A model generated the notes under the pieces. It did no database searches. It saw nothing but the letters and a program-made list of their open reading frames with translations, and had not been told where the DNA came from. 64,000 nucleotides of DNA from Hyaloraphidium curvatum SAG 235-1 (Eukaryota > Fungi > Monoblepharomycota): positions 1,251,086-1,315,085 of the forward strand of contig JAIVFI010000002.1 in NCBI GenBank assembly GCA_025558095.1, given 5' to 3'. Numbering within the stretch: position 1 is the stretch's first letter; every line of letters begins with the position of its first letter. Below are positions 24,248 to 35,524 of the stretch, in pieces. The translations under genes were made by a program, and so were the position numbers.

Positions 24248-26409
24248 TCAACAACGCTCGAAGCAGCGCTTGAGCTCAAAGTCGGTGATTCGCCTGTCGT
24301 ATTCCTCCTGCTCCCACTCTCCCGCGCGCGCTGGAGATGCCGTGTCAGATTCCTCCCCAACCCAAGTCCGACTGTCGACTAACCATAGTGGTTCACGACC
24401 TTCTCGCCGAAAGTGTCCTTAAGCATACTGGAGTTCCGCAGCTCCGCGACGGCCTCCCGCATCGTCTTGGGCACCTCACGGATGGGTCTTGACGAGCCGT
24501 CCGCATTGTACACGTCGCCCCGGAACGGCGCTTCGAGCTCCAGCTTTTCGCGCAGGCCGGCAATTCCGGCAGCAAGCATTCCAGTGTCTAACGGCACAGT
24601 CAGCAACCTCGTCGTCATCTGACGGTACCAGTTGCCGCTCACATGCCAGGTAGGGGTTGCAGTCTGCGCCGGCGATCCGAACCTCGACGCGCAGCCCCTT
24701 TGTCCGGTGCCCGACGACCCGGAGGCCGGCCGTCCGGTTGTCGTGCGACCAGACGGCACGGGTGGGCGCGAAGGTCGCCTTCTGCTGAAAGCGCTTGTAC
24801 GAATTGATGTAGGGCGCCATGAACAGGGTGATCTCCCGCGAGTACTTGAGGATGCCGGCCATGTAGCTCCGCATGGTGGGCGACATGCCGTGCTCGGGAT
24901 CGGCCTCGAGGTCGAGGAAGGCAGAGCTTCCATCGGCCTTCCAGAGCGATTGGTGAACGTGGCAGGACGAGCCGGCCAGATCGTAGTTGACTTTGGCCAT
25001 GAACGTCACAGCCTTGCCCTGCAGCAGGGCAATCTCCTTGCAGGCGTGCTTGCAGACGGTGAGGTTGTCGCAGGTGATCACGGGCTCGTCATATTTGGTG
25101 TTCAGCTCTTCCTGTCTGACTCGCAGGAAGGTCAGACGAATTCGCGCTGACCTCGAAAGCGAGGCCCTCACCCCGGTCCGAACTCGCCCTTGGTGCACTC
25201 GACGACAACGCCAGCGCCGTACAGCCCGTTCCGGATCGCCTGGGACCACTATTAGTACGGCTGGTTCAGCCTTCAGGATGCCGACGGCAACGGACCCTGT
25301 TCAACGGCTCCTCCCTCGTCGTCTGCAAAATGTGATAGTCCTGACATACGGAAGTAAGCCTGCTGACCCGCTCGGCAGCGGTGTACGGGGATCACCTCAA
25401 TATAGGTGCCGGCGAGCTTCATCTTCCCAAATTGGTATCCGATGTCGTGACAAGACTCGTAGCTCTGGTCGAATACGTAGTACTGGAAGCCAAAAGGGAA
25501 GCTTGACGCGGTCAACCACCCGGCAAGAACCCCGCTGACCTCGAGCTCCGACGCCATCTTCGCCGTCAAACCAAACTCGTCCTTGAGGGTCTTGACCATC
25601 TTCTTCAGCATGGCCCGCGGGGAGTACTCGACCTCATGACCATGGTGGTCGTAGATATCACAGAGCACCATGCACGTTGCTTCGAGCCACGGCATCCGCC
25701 GAATGGTAGCCAGGTCCGGCTTGACCGTGTAGTCCCCGTAGCCGCTGTCCCACGACGAGTCCGCGTAGCTGTTGATAATCCAGATCGCCCCGTGTCGCAG
25801 ATCAATAGTAGCAGCCGCCACTCACCCCTGCACGCTTCAAAATGGCGGGGATCAGATGACGAGGCTGGAATGACTGCTTCCTTTCACTCACGGCTCGTTT
25901 TCAATGTCCATGGACAAAAGATAGTCGCCTAGAGACCGCAATTCAGAGAGATTTGCGCGCCACAGCAGGAAGAAACTCACACATGTGGGCCTCGTCGTGG
26001 TGATCCAGGAAGTAGGCGGCGTGGTAGCTTCCCCAGACACCCATGAGCGAAACGGAGACCTCTAGCAGGCGCAAAGATCCTTACCGTTTGCCCATTAGCC
26101 GTCCCTGCATGTCGACCTGTGTAAGATCATGTCGGCAGAGGTCCGTCAGATTCGACTCCTCCAGGCCCGAGAACGGCACCGCAGAACGCCACAGGCACGC
26201 GTTGAAAGTCCACAAGCCCGTCCGTGTGGAATCACACGCGGCATGATCCGATGCCGAGGCCCAGGTCGCCTTATCGGATGCCGCGGGACGCGACATCGCG
26301 GCGAGCAATCACAGGCGAAACCGACCGTGACAACGAGGACCGTGTCGATCTTCTCCGCCTCGACCTCCGCCCGGAGCTGCTCCAGCGTCAAGAACGCGTT
26401 CTTAGACAT
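24248..26409 (-). CDS. Glutamine synthetase-like gamma-glutamyl-amine ligase (GlnA4/PuuA type), many introns
   Basis: DMQGRLMGKR, CDYLLSMDIENEPVQGY...WDSGYGDY, ASELE, TFMAK...GSSCHVHQSL, INSYKRF, WSHDNRT, RVEVRIAGADCNPYL. Confidence 0.9.
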
Positions 26410-26589
26410 CGTTTCGGAGGCCGCTTTGACGCGATTCGGCTTGGGTTTGCGAGTAGCGGGCAGGAATCAATCAAAAGCCGGCCGCAACGCCGCGCCGCCG
26501 ATCACCGCAAGGACTCTTTGGGCCCAGCAAGATCGCAGCGCTTGACCTGCCAACATCATGTAGCAATCGTTTGGAACAACCGTAGCTAA

Positions 26590-27902
26590 CTAAAGTCTCG
26601 AGGCCGGGCCTCCAAAGACCGTCCCGGGCTTGGCTCCCGCAACCCGCGCCGGCTGCCCGAACAGCTCGGCACCTCCGGCAGTTGGAATGATCGCCCCGGT
26701 GATGTGCGCGCCTCCTCTGGAGCACAGAAGCAAGGTGAGACCCGCCATGTCGGCAGCATCGCCGACGCGCCCGGCTATGGATATGAACGTCAGCAAGTTT
26801 CGCGGGCCAACAATCCGAGGCCCTCACTAGGCTGCTCCGTGTCGGCAAGGGCCTTCAGAGCGGGATCCATTCCCGTCTGAGTCGTCATCTTTGAGGGGTA
26901 GCGACCCGGGGCAATTGCGTTGACGGTAATGAGTCGGCTGAAAGAGACCAGATGTCAGTGCCGTGCTACTCGCAACACGTGTCCATAAGGCTTACCTGGC
27001 GAACGTGTGCGCCATGCTGCGGGTGAGCTGGTTGACGGCAGCCTTGGAGACTCCGTAGCTGCAAGACACGGCCGAGATCAGGTTGGGGACGGAAAGCTTC
27101 CTCTGCACTAGACCTCACCTGTATGTCCCGGCCTCGGCACCGCCTCCCGACTGGGCCGCAAGAACGTCCTGGGCCGTCTCCGCAGACAGCGAAGCGATGG
27201 AGGAGATGTTGATCACGCGCGACGGGTCCGTAGGGGTAGGTTCCTTGAGGAGGAGAGGCAGCAGCGAAACGGTCAGGTAGAAGTAGCTGAAGAGGTTGAT
27301 CTCTGGCAATCTGGATGAGCCAGGTGGCCCGCGGCGGCCGGAAGTTGTCTCACGGAAAGTCTGCATCCAGCCTTGGGCTTCCGGGAAGTCCAGCAGTGGT
27401 CCACCCCAAGCGATCCCACTGGAATGAATTCAAGAGATAAGAAACCGCCACGAACACGCCCAGTAACGAGTCCACAAACGAGTTGTTGATCAAGATGTTG
27501 AGCTTCGTCTCCTTTTCCTTCATCGTGGCCGCGAGCGCCTCGCACTCCTTCCGGGTCCTCAGGTCGGCCTTGACGGGGATCACCTGACCGCCCGAGGCCT
27601 TGACGGCCGGGTCTGAGTTGATCTCGTCCGCCGTCTGCTGCAGCACGGGCAGCTTCCGAGACGCGATGTAGACGCGGGCGCCGTTCTGCGCCAGTGCCGT
27701 CGTCATCATCTTCCCGAGACCTGAGAGGCGGTCAACTGGTAGGCAATAGCCTTGCGAGGGCAACGTCACCCAATCTTACCGGTTCCGCCGCCAGTGACCA
27801 GCGCGACCTTCCCCTTGACTGAACACGCATTGGTCCGTGGGGGCAACTAGCAGCGCGCGCGGACCCACCGGAGAACAAGTTGTTAATGGTGAGATCCGCC
27901 AT
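26590..27902 (-). CDS. Short-chain dehydrogenase/reductase (RhlG-like, spliced)
   Basis: ALVTGGGTGLGKMM...GARVYIASRK, RVINISSI, YGVSKAAVNQLTR, VNAIAPGRYPSKMT. Confidence 0.88.
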
Positions 27903-28226
27903 CTTTTAACGGGGTCCCGGGGGGAGGAACAGGGTGATTGGGTGCGGGGTTTCCGTGTTGAAGCCCGTCGCTGCGATGGGAGACGTTCTCGTGCCGCGTC
28001 GATCACACACTCTTGCATCTGCCCGTGCGCCCGGAGATCTGCCTCAGATCGAAGGATCGAAGCCACAGAGACTGCATGAGTAGATAACCAGAGTTTTATC
28101 ACGGATTCGCTTGATCTGCTAGGAGGATCGCGCGATGAGTCTTTTGGGATGCCGATCAAGCCGATCGCGGCGCGGGCGAGCTCGCGCCGTGGCGGCGCCA
28201 ACCATCGCGGCGTCGGTATTCCGCAA

Positions 28227-29310
28227 ATGGCGCCTCGCGTTTCCGCCCTGTTCAGCTACCCGATCAAATCCTGCGGCCCGGTCCGCCTCGATGCCGCGCG
28301 CGTCGACGCATTCGGGCTGCAGCTCGACCGCAACTGGGCAATCGTCGACCCCGACGGAAAGCTCATCACCCTGCGGGAGGTGCCCCGGCTAGTGCTCCTC
28401 AAGCCGCAAATCGTGCTGAAAGAAGCCGCGGACGGCGATTCGCGAACGGCGCTCGAGGTCGGCGGCACGATGGTGCTCAAGGCTCCGGGGATGCCCGACT
28501 TGCCCGTCCTGTTCCCGCACCCCGCCGGACCGGATGCCACGGTGGTCCAGGTGGACGTGTGGGGGGAGAGGAGCGATGCGCTCGACGAGGGCGACGCCGT
28601 CGCGGACTGGTTCGAGAAGTACATGGGCCGGCCCGGGCGGCTCGTCGTCAAAGACCCGCGGCAAGGTGCGCATTCGCGGGTTCGGCTTGAACAGAGACAG
28701 CGTTCTGACATCCTCCGTTTGTTCCAGTGCGCACACACTCGGGTCTCTACGACGACGAGAATCAGCCTCCCTACGTCCAATCGACCTACCCGTCAATGCC
28801 GTCGGTCGGTACTGCCTTTGCCGACTGCTACCCCTTCCTGCTCGTCACCGCCGCCGCCGTGCGCGAAGTCGACGCCAAGGTGAAGGCCAAGGACCCCTCC
28901 GCGAGGGAGGTCAAAGCCGAAAACTTCCGCCCCAACATCGTGGTCGACGACACCGAGGCCTGGACCGAGGACGGGTGGCTTCAGGTCCGCATCGGCGGGA
29001 CCACCTTCGACGTGCTCACGCGGGCGACGCGATGCGTGGCCACGTGCGTCGATACCGAGATCGGCGAGATCCAGAAGGAGCCGCTCAAGACGCTCCAATC
29101 CTACCGTCGCGTGGATCCCAACGCCAAATACGAGGCCTGTTTCGGACAGTGAGCGGCTTCCTTGCTGTGGTGGCATCTGGTTTTGCTGATTATTTCTTCA
29201 GATGGCTTCAACAGCACACCGTCGGAGGGACGATCAAAGTCGGAGACGAGGTGGAGGTGCTGAAGACTGGTACTCACGCGAAGAAGAAGAAGGCCAAGGC
29301 AGAATCGTGA
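28227..29310 (+). CDS. MOSC-domain protein (mARC-like, spliced)
   Basis: YPIKSC, DRNWAIV, FADCYPFLL, NFRPNIVV, RCVATCVD. Confidence 0.92.
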
Positions 29311-29500
29311 TCCTAGAAGCTATTGTATATTTGCCTACGTGAGAGAGGTCGTAAGGATGAAGATTTGGTGCTTTCGGCTTGGACGCCGGGGATCGGCGCA
29401 AGGAAGGCGGCGGGAAAACTCGATCCGCGTCCCGAGCCGAACACTCGGCCGCGCTTTCCCCTCCACGAATCCCGGCCGCTCTGCCTCGGAGCCGGTCGCG

Positions 29501-30298
29501 ATGTCTTTTCTCTCGCAACTGTTTGCGCCCCCAGCGCCGACGTGGCTCCTGCGCGGCGTGACGGCCTTCCAGGTCTTCGCTGCCCTGACTTCGTACGGGC
29601 AAGAAACGACCCCGGGGAAGCAGGCACCGTACTCCAAGTTTGCGGGGGAGGCGAAACTGAAGGTCCCCATCTCGGGCCGCCTATCCATGCTCTTAATATA
29701 CGTTCCGGCCACGGCATACTGCGCCTGGGCGTTTTCGCGGCTCGGCCCGGCCGGCCCCGCGCCCTCGGAGGCGTCGGCCACGGTGGCCGCCATGCTGCTC
29801 GCGCACTTTGGCAAGCGGGTTTTCGAGACCCTCTTCGTCCACAAGTACTCGGGGAACGGGGACCTTCCGACGTCGGCCGTCATCGGGATCAATTACGCCC
29901 TTCAGGCTTTGCTGATCAACTCGCAGCAGGCCCAGGTCGCCGACTCCTTGCGACTCGCCTGGGCCTTCCGTGTCGGCCTCGGCCTGTTTGCCGTGGGCGA
30001 GCTGGGGAACCTCTACCACCACTACCTCTTGTCGACCCTTCGCTCCAAGGGCGGGGAGAAGAAGTACTCGGTCCCGCGGGGCGGTCTGTTTTCTCTTGTG
30101 GTGGCTCCGCACTACCTCTTCGAGCTCGTGGCATGGCTGGGAATCGCCGTGGTTGCGCAGCAGACCAACGCCTGGCTCGTGCTGGCGTGCATGACGAGCT
30201 ACCTCGCCGGGCGCAGCACGGCGACCCTGGATTGGTACAAGAAGAACGTGCAGGGGTTCCCGACGGACAGGAAGCGGCTCGTCCCGTTCCTTTTCTGA
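29501..30298 (+). CDS. 3-oxo-5-alpha-steroid 4-dehydrogenase / enoyl-reductase family membrane protein
   Basis: HFGKRVFETLFVHKYS, GELGNLYHH, YSVPRGGLFSLVVAPHYLFE, RKRLVPFLF. Confidence 0.9.
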   Translation: MSFLSQLFAPPAPTWLLRGVTAFQVFAALTSYGQETTPGKQAPYSKFAGEAKLKVPISGRLSMLLIYVPATAYCAWAFSRLGPAGPAPSEASATVAAMLLAHFGKRVFETLFVHKYSGNGDLPTSAVIGINYALQALLINSQQAQVADSLRLAWAFRVGLGLFAVGELGNLYHHYLLSTLRSKGGEKKYSVPRGGLFSLVVAPHYLFELVAWLGIAVVAQQTNAWLVLACMTSYLAGRSTATLDWYKKNVQGFPTDRKRLVPFLF

Positions 30299-30603
30299 TG
30301 GACCGCCGGCTGTCGGCGGCTACTTCGGACGGACTGCGGGCGATTGACGGCGACATCCAGGTCGGATGAAGCGCAGGAAGAATGTCTTGCTTGTAGACGC
30401 GTAATGGGCTCCGACAGCTCACGAGCTTTGGCTGAATCCATTCACCGGCAGGTCACTGGATGGGACGGCCCAGCCACGGGGCCGCTGCGGAAGCGGCGAT
30501 TGCGCCATCGCTGTCAACAAACCGCGTGGCAACCCCCGAACCCGTGCCCGGGCACCTCGCAAGCGGACGTCCTCGCGTTCCTCCGACATCGCCGAAAGTA
30601 GCA

Positions 30604-32016
30604 ATGGCCGCCGACAAGCCCTCGCTCAGGCTCGGAAGCACTGCTCCCGTGAGTTTCGCGCCCTCCAACCGCGGGTCGGGCAGTGCGTGGCGGTGGGGCC
30701 CGGGAGGCCGTGAACGCCGGTGCTGCGGCGTTCCCGACATCGGCGATGGGAACGATGTGTATCGCGGCGGCCAAAGAAGGCTGCGGAGCTCGTGGCTCCC
30801 GCCGTTTCGAAAGTCGCCCGGGCTGGGGAGGCAGAGCGGCACGCCCATCGGAAGCCTGTTTCTGGACGGCGTCGCTTCCGAGCCGGCAATTCGCACCATG
30901 AGCACCTTGAGAACGGTTTCCGAACGTCGTTTTGGCGTCTGGGCTCTTCCCGGACCGACGACTGGCGCGAGTCTCGGATCACTGATCCTCCTTCCCCACC
31001 CCTCCCTTTTCCTTTCCGCCCAACAGAACTTCCAGGCGGACACCACCCAGGGTCCCATCGACTTCCACGAGGTGCGTTTTGGTGTCCCGGCAAGCTTCCC
31101 GCCCAACCCGGCTGACCGATAGCTAACTCCGGCAATCAGTTCATCGGCGACTCGTGGGTCATCCTCTTCTCCCACCCCGCGGACTTCACCCCCGTCTGCA
31201 CCACCGAGGTGAGCTTTTGCGCCGCCCAAAGCCTTCGTAGACGTTCTAACGCCCTTTTGTCCGACAGCTGGGCGCCGTCTCGAAGCTCTCGAAGGAGTTC
31301 GAGAAGCGGAACGTCAAGACGATCGGCCTCTCGTGCAACGAGCTCGGCGACCACGACAAGTGGATCTCGGATATCAACAAGTGGGTAGCGCCTGCCGGTT
31401 GGGGCCCGATCGGAGCAGATCACTGATGGCTGCCCGGCTCCATAGGACCCAGGGCACTGACCTCAAGTTCCCCATCATCGCCGACCCCACCCGCAAGGTG
31501 GCCGCCCTGTACGACATGGTGAGCCTTCTTGTTCCAAACACCCGGAAGCCTCCCTGACATCCCCACCAGCTCGACTACCAGGACGCCACGAACGTCGACG
31601 CGAAGGGGATCCCCTTCACCGTCCGCTCCGTCTTCGTCATCGACCCCAAGAAGACCATCCGCCTCACCCTGACCTACCCGGCCTCGACCGGCCGCAGCTT
31701 CCCCGAGATCCTCCGCGTGATCGACTCGCTCCAGCTCGGCGACAAGAACAGGATCACCACGCCCGCCAACTGGCAGGTCGGCGACAAGGTCATCGTGCAC
31801 CCCGGCGTGAGCAGTGGGTATCTTTCTCTCGGTGGGCATGTTGCGCGATGTGCTGACGTGGTGTCTCGCAGACGACGAGGCGACGAAGCTCTTTGGCGAG
31901 TTCGACACCGTCCTCCCCTACCTCAGGCTCACGGTGGGTGGTTGCGAGCAGATTACGGCCGGCTCCGGTTCTCATGGGCCGGCCGCAAACAGGACTCCAA
32001 GAACCTCAAGGCTTAA
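30604..32016 (+). CDS. PRX1: 1-Cys peroxiredoxin (spliced)
   Basis: [57 protein letters not shown]. Confidence 0.95.
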
Positions 32017-32305
32017 GCGGACTTCTGCATGCTGGTTCTCCGTCGAAAATATACTCAGCGCTTCGTTTGCAGCGAGCTTGCCTTGTGTTTTCCTCTCCGT
32101 TCAAGTCGCTCATCTAGATGGCGAGCATTCATCTCCAGCATGCCATCGGCGTTTCGCGCGATCGCTCAGGGTCCGCCCGTCTGCGCGCGCGAGCCGCAAA
32201 GCCGCAATCCGAACAGACAACTCCGGGGCAGCGAATCGCACTTCCCGCCCCTTCCACCCTCCCTTTGTCCCTCCCTTTCCCTCGGCGTCGCTGCCCTGCG
32301 CCGCG

Positions 32306-33062
32306 ATGGCCACCGACGCGCGCACGCAGGCCGCGCTGGAGGAGCTCGAGGCCGCGGTGCAGCGCACCGGCGGGCGGCGCGTGCAGTACACTCCCGCATC
32401 GAAGGAGGACTGCATCTCGGCGTGTTCGAACATGGTGGAGCTGATGGTTGGGCGGAATCCGGGTGGGTGGGCCCGGGCGGGGGACAGAGGGGGAGACTGA
32501 CGGCCTCGTCTCGAACCTTGGAACGCGCTCCGACCATCTTGCCCCGTTGGTTTCACCTGAATGTGATTGTGGACGCTTCTATCTTCGCCTCTCGCGGGAC
32601 GTTTAGTCGCCGCCAAGAAGAAGGCCCCCTCCCCGCCCGCCGACGAGGTCGAGGAGGCCGCCAAGACGCTTGCCGCCATCTCGGGCTGGTTCGCGTCCCG
32701 CGTCGACGGGTTTAAGGAGCGGATGGGGTCCAGGATCGCGGATGCGGTCTACCAGCACTGCCTGCTGGACTGCGTTGACGACACGGACAAGGTCGGCCGC
32801 CCTTGTCGTCGGCGGGGGTTGGGCGCGCCTGACGCCGGTTCGGGTCATGCAGAACTTCCCGAAACAGCTCGCGCAATGCTGGAGCAAGGCCAAGACTGAG
32901 GAAGACGAGATCAACTGCAACCAGCTCGCCGCGGATTGGCGGCTCCGGGCGCGCGCCGATTTCGACGCGCAGAAGCTCAAGGAGGCGGCGAACCTGATCG
33001 ACGACGTGGCGGGGAAGCGGACTTGGGCCGAGTTCTTCGGGTTCGGGGGGGAGAAGAAGTAG
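32306..33062 (+). CDS. Hypothetical protein (spliced)
   Basis: Codon-biased exons with canonical introns; ends WAEFFGFGGEKK; no family recognised. Confidence 0.55.
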
Positions 33063-33132
33063 CGCGGCCGGTACCCGGACGATTTTGTCTCTCGAGCGAA
33101 AGAGGAATCGATTTCTCCTTCCAGCTTCTATT

Positions 33133-34136
33133 TCAGAACAGATATCCTTCCTCCGGGTGCATCTTTGGCGGTAGCTGCGTCTCGCCCAGGATGGCCATCG
33201 TGTCCCTCTCGATGTCTCTGCAGATGGCCGTCATGGGCACGTCGGTTATGCGATTCTCGAAGGGGTCCTCGTTGACCGCGCCGGTTCTCTCGATCGCGGA
33301 AAACAAGAAAGCGATGATGGCCGACATCGGAATCACGAGCCATACCACGCCGTCTGCTGTCATCCCCTTCACCGTGAAGAAGGGCACCAGGATGACAAAG
33401 ACCCGCACGAACAGCCGGGTAAAGTACGAGTACTGCCGCGGCACCGGGATCCCCTTGATACGCTCGCACGTGGCCTGCTGCGATCCCAGCGCGGCAAGCT
33501 GCCCCTCGAGCTGGAAGGAATCGAACCCCATGAGCACGCCAGAGGCCATGGCGTCGTAGATGGATTCGCCCTGGCGTTTCATGAGGTACAGCGGGGCGTC
33601 GGGGGCGGCCTTGAGGCCCGCGAGGTCCGCGGGGTCGAGCATCCGGGCCACGCCGTCGTCCGCGCCGGGCGATTGTCCGCGGAGCTGGGCCCGGAGCGAA
33701 TGGGCCCAGGCAATCTGCCGCCGCACCACGGTTTGCTTGAACGCCGCCGAGGCCTGGGCGTCGTACTGCGGCGCCTTGCGGTGGGAGTCGGCAAAGGTCA
33801 CGACGAGCCGCGCGAACGTGCGGCTGGCGGCCAGAATCGCGGCCCACGCGGCGGCCGCCTCGCCCCAGCGCGCGAAGGAGGTGTTTGCGCGGAAGGCGAG
33901 GAAGATGGAGAGCGCGGTGCCGAGCACGCCGAGGGGGGCAAAGGTCCAGGAGAAGTAGTAGATGCCGTAGTTGGCGAGGAGGGCCGCGACGACGCTGGCG
34001 ACGATGGAGAGGGAGACGTCGAGCCAGACGTAGCTGAGGACCTTTATCGGGTTGAAGATGCGTTTGACGACTTGCGGCGGGAGCAGGCAGCGTTGAGATG
34101 GGCGGAGAGGAATGCCGCGGGGAACCACCCACTCAT
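33133..34136 (-). CDS. Bestrophin family channel (bacterial-type)
   Basis: A 4-nt first coding exon (ATGA) gives MIVKRIFNP; LSIFLAFRANTSFARWGEA, CERIKGIPVP, EDPFENRITDVPMTAICRDIERD. Confidence 0.9.
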
Positions 34137-34456
34137 TTCGGACGAGCACGGCGGCGGACTCCGCAGAACGGTGGGCTAGGGTCCGAAAAGCGGTGGCAAT
34201 GGTTCCACTGCGCGTCTGTCCTGCCTATTGTTGGGATTCGTTGCTTGCGACGCCCGCGATTGGGCGGTTTGGAAACCACAGCCACTTGACCGATCGCTCC
34301 TCCGCCTGCCTGCGGTGTCAGCCATGCGGAGGCCGCATAGTCTTTGGAGAGCGGTCGTGATAAAAGACCGGCGAGGACGCACGCTCCGCACCAGCGCCTC
34401 CGGATCTCCACCCATCCTGCATCCGGCCGACCCACTCAAATCGCAACAGCAAGAGC

Positions 34457-35460
34457 ATGGCGCGCGGGCACAAAAACGCCAACCCCGTCAACGACAAGCG
34501 CCCCAAGCGCGTCGCCATCGTAGTCTCCAACGAGGGTGTATCGTCGACCACCGGCCAGCCCGTCGGATTCTGGTGCGTTCGCTGGCTTGCAGCCCCGGTC
34601 GCGCGGAGCTGACACCCCGCGGCCGCAGGTGGGCAGAGCTTTCCCACCCCTACTACTACTTCACCGAGGCCGGCTACGACGTCGAGATCTTCAGCCCGCT
34701 GGGGGGCAAGGTGATTGCCGACGCCGCCAGCGACCCCGAGGACGCGAGCCAGTGGCAGGCCGAGGACGTGATCTCACGCGGGCTCAAGCACGACCCGGCC
34801 TTTGCTCCGCTGCTCGAGGCGACCAAGAAGGTGGACGAGATCAACGTGGCAGAGTTTGATGCGCTGCTGGTGGCGGGCGGCCAGGGGCCCATGTTCACGT
34901 TCGAGAAGGCGGACAACCTGCACGTGGGTCCGGGTGCTTCGCGCGCAATCGCCGCGCTCACCAACGGCGTCCACCCTCCGTGGCTGTCGACCATCCACAC
35001 CTACATCGGACCGACGACGTCCGCCCCGGCAGGCCAAGTTCGCCGAGTTCTTCGAGGCCGGCAAGATCGTCGTCGCCCTCTGCCACGGCTGCGCCATCCT
35101 CCGCTACGCCAAGCTGTCGACGGGCGAGCCCCTCGTCCGCGGCAGGACCGTCACCGGGTTCGCCAACGTCGAGGAGGACTTTGCCGACGCCGCCATGGTC
35201 CAGTGGGGCGTGCTCAAGCAGGGGCAGCATGTGATGCCGTGGCGTATCGAGGACGAGCTGAGGAAGCTGGGCGCCAACTACATACAGGCGGGGCTGTGGA
35301 AGGGGTTCGCGGTGCGGGACGGGAACCTGATCACGGGTGGGTGCTCGCCGGCGACGGGCGATTCGAGGGACCGGGCTGACGCTGCGTGCGCGTTCCAGGC
35401 CAGCAGAACTTCAGCGGGACCGAGACGGCCAAGCTCGTCATCGAGGCGCTGGGATTGTAG
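34457..35460 (+). CDS. DJ-1/PfpI (class I glutamine amidotransferase-like) protein (spliced)
   Basis: PVGFWWAELSHPYY, VAGGQGPMF, ALCHG nucleophile elbow, RDGNLITGQQNFSG. Confidence 0.9.
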
Positions 35461-35524
35461 ATGGCTTGTTGCATAACCCCACGAATACACTTGAAACCTG
35501 AGAAAACGTCCCGCGAAAATCACC

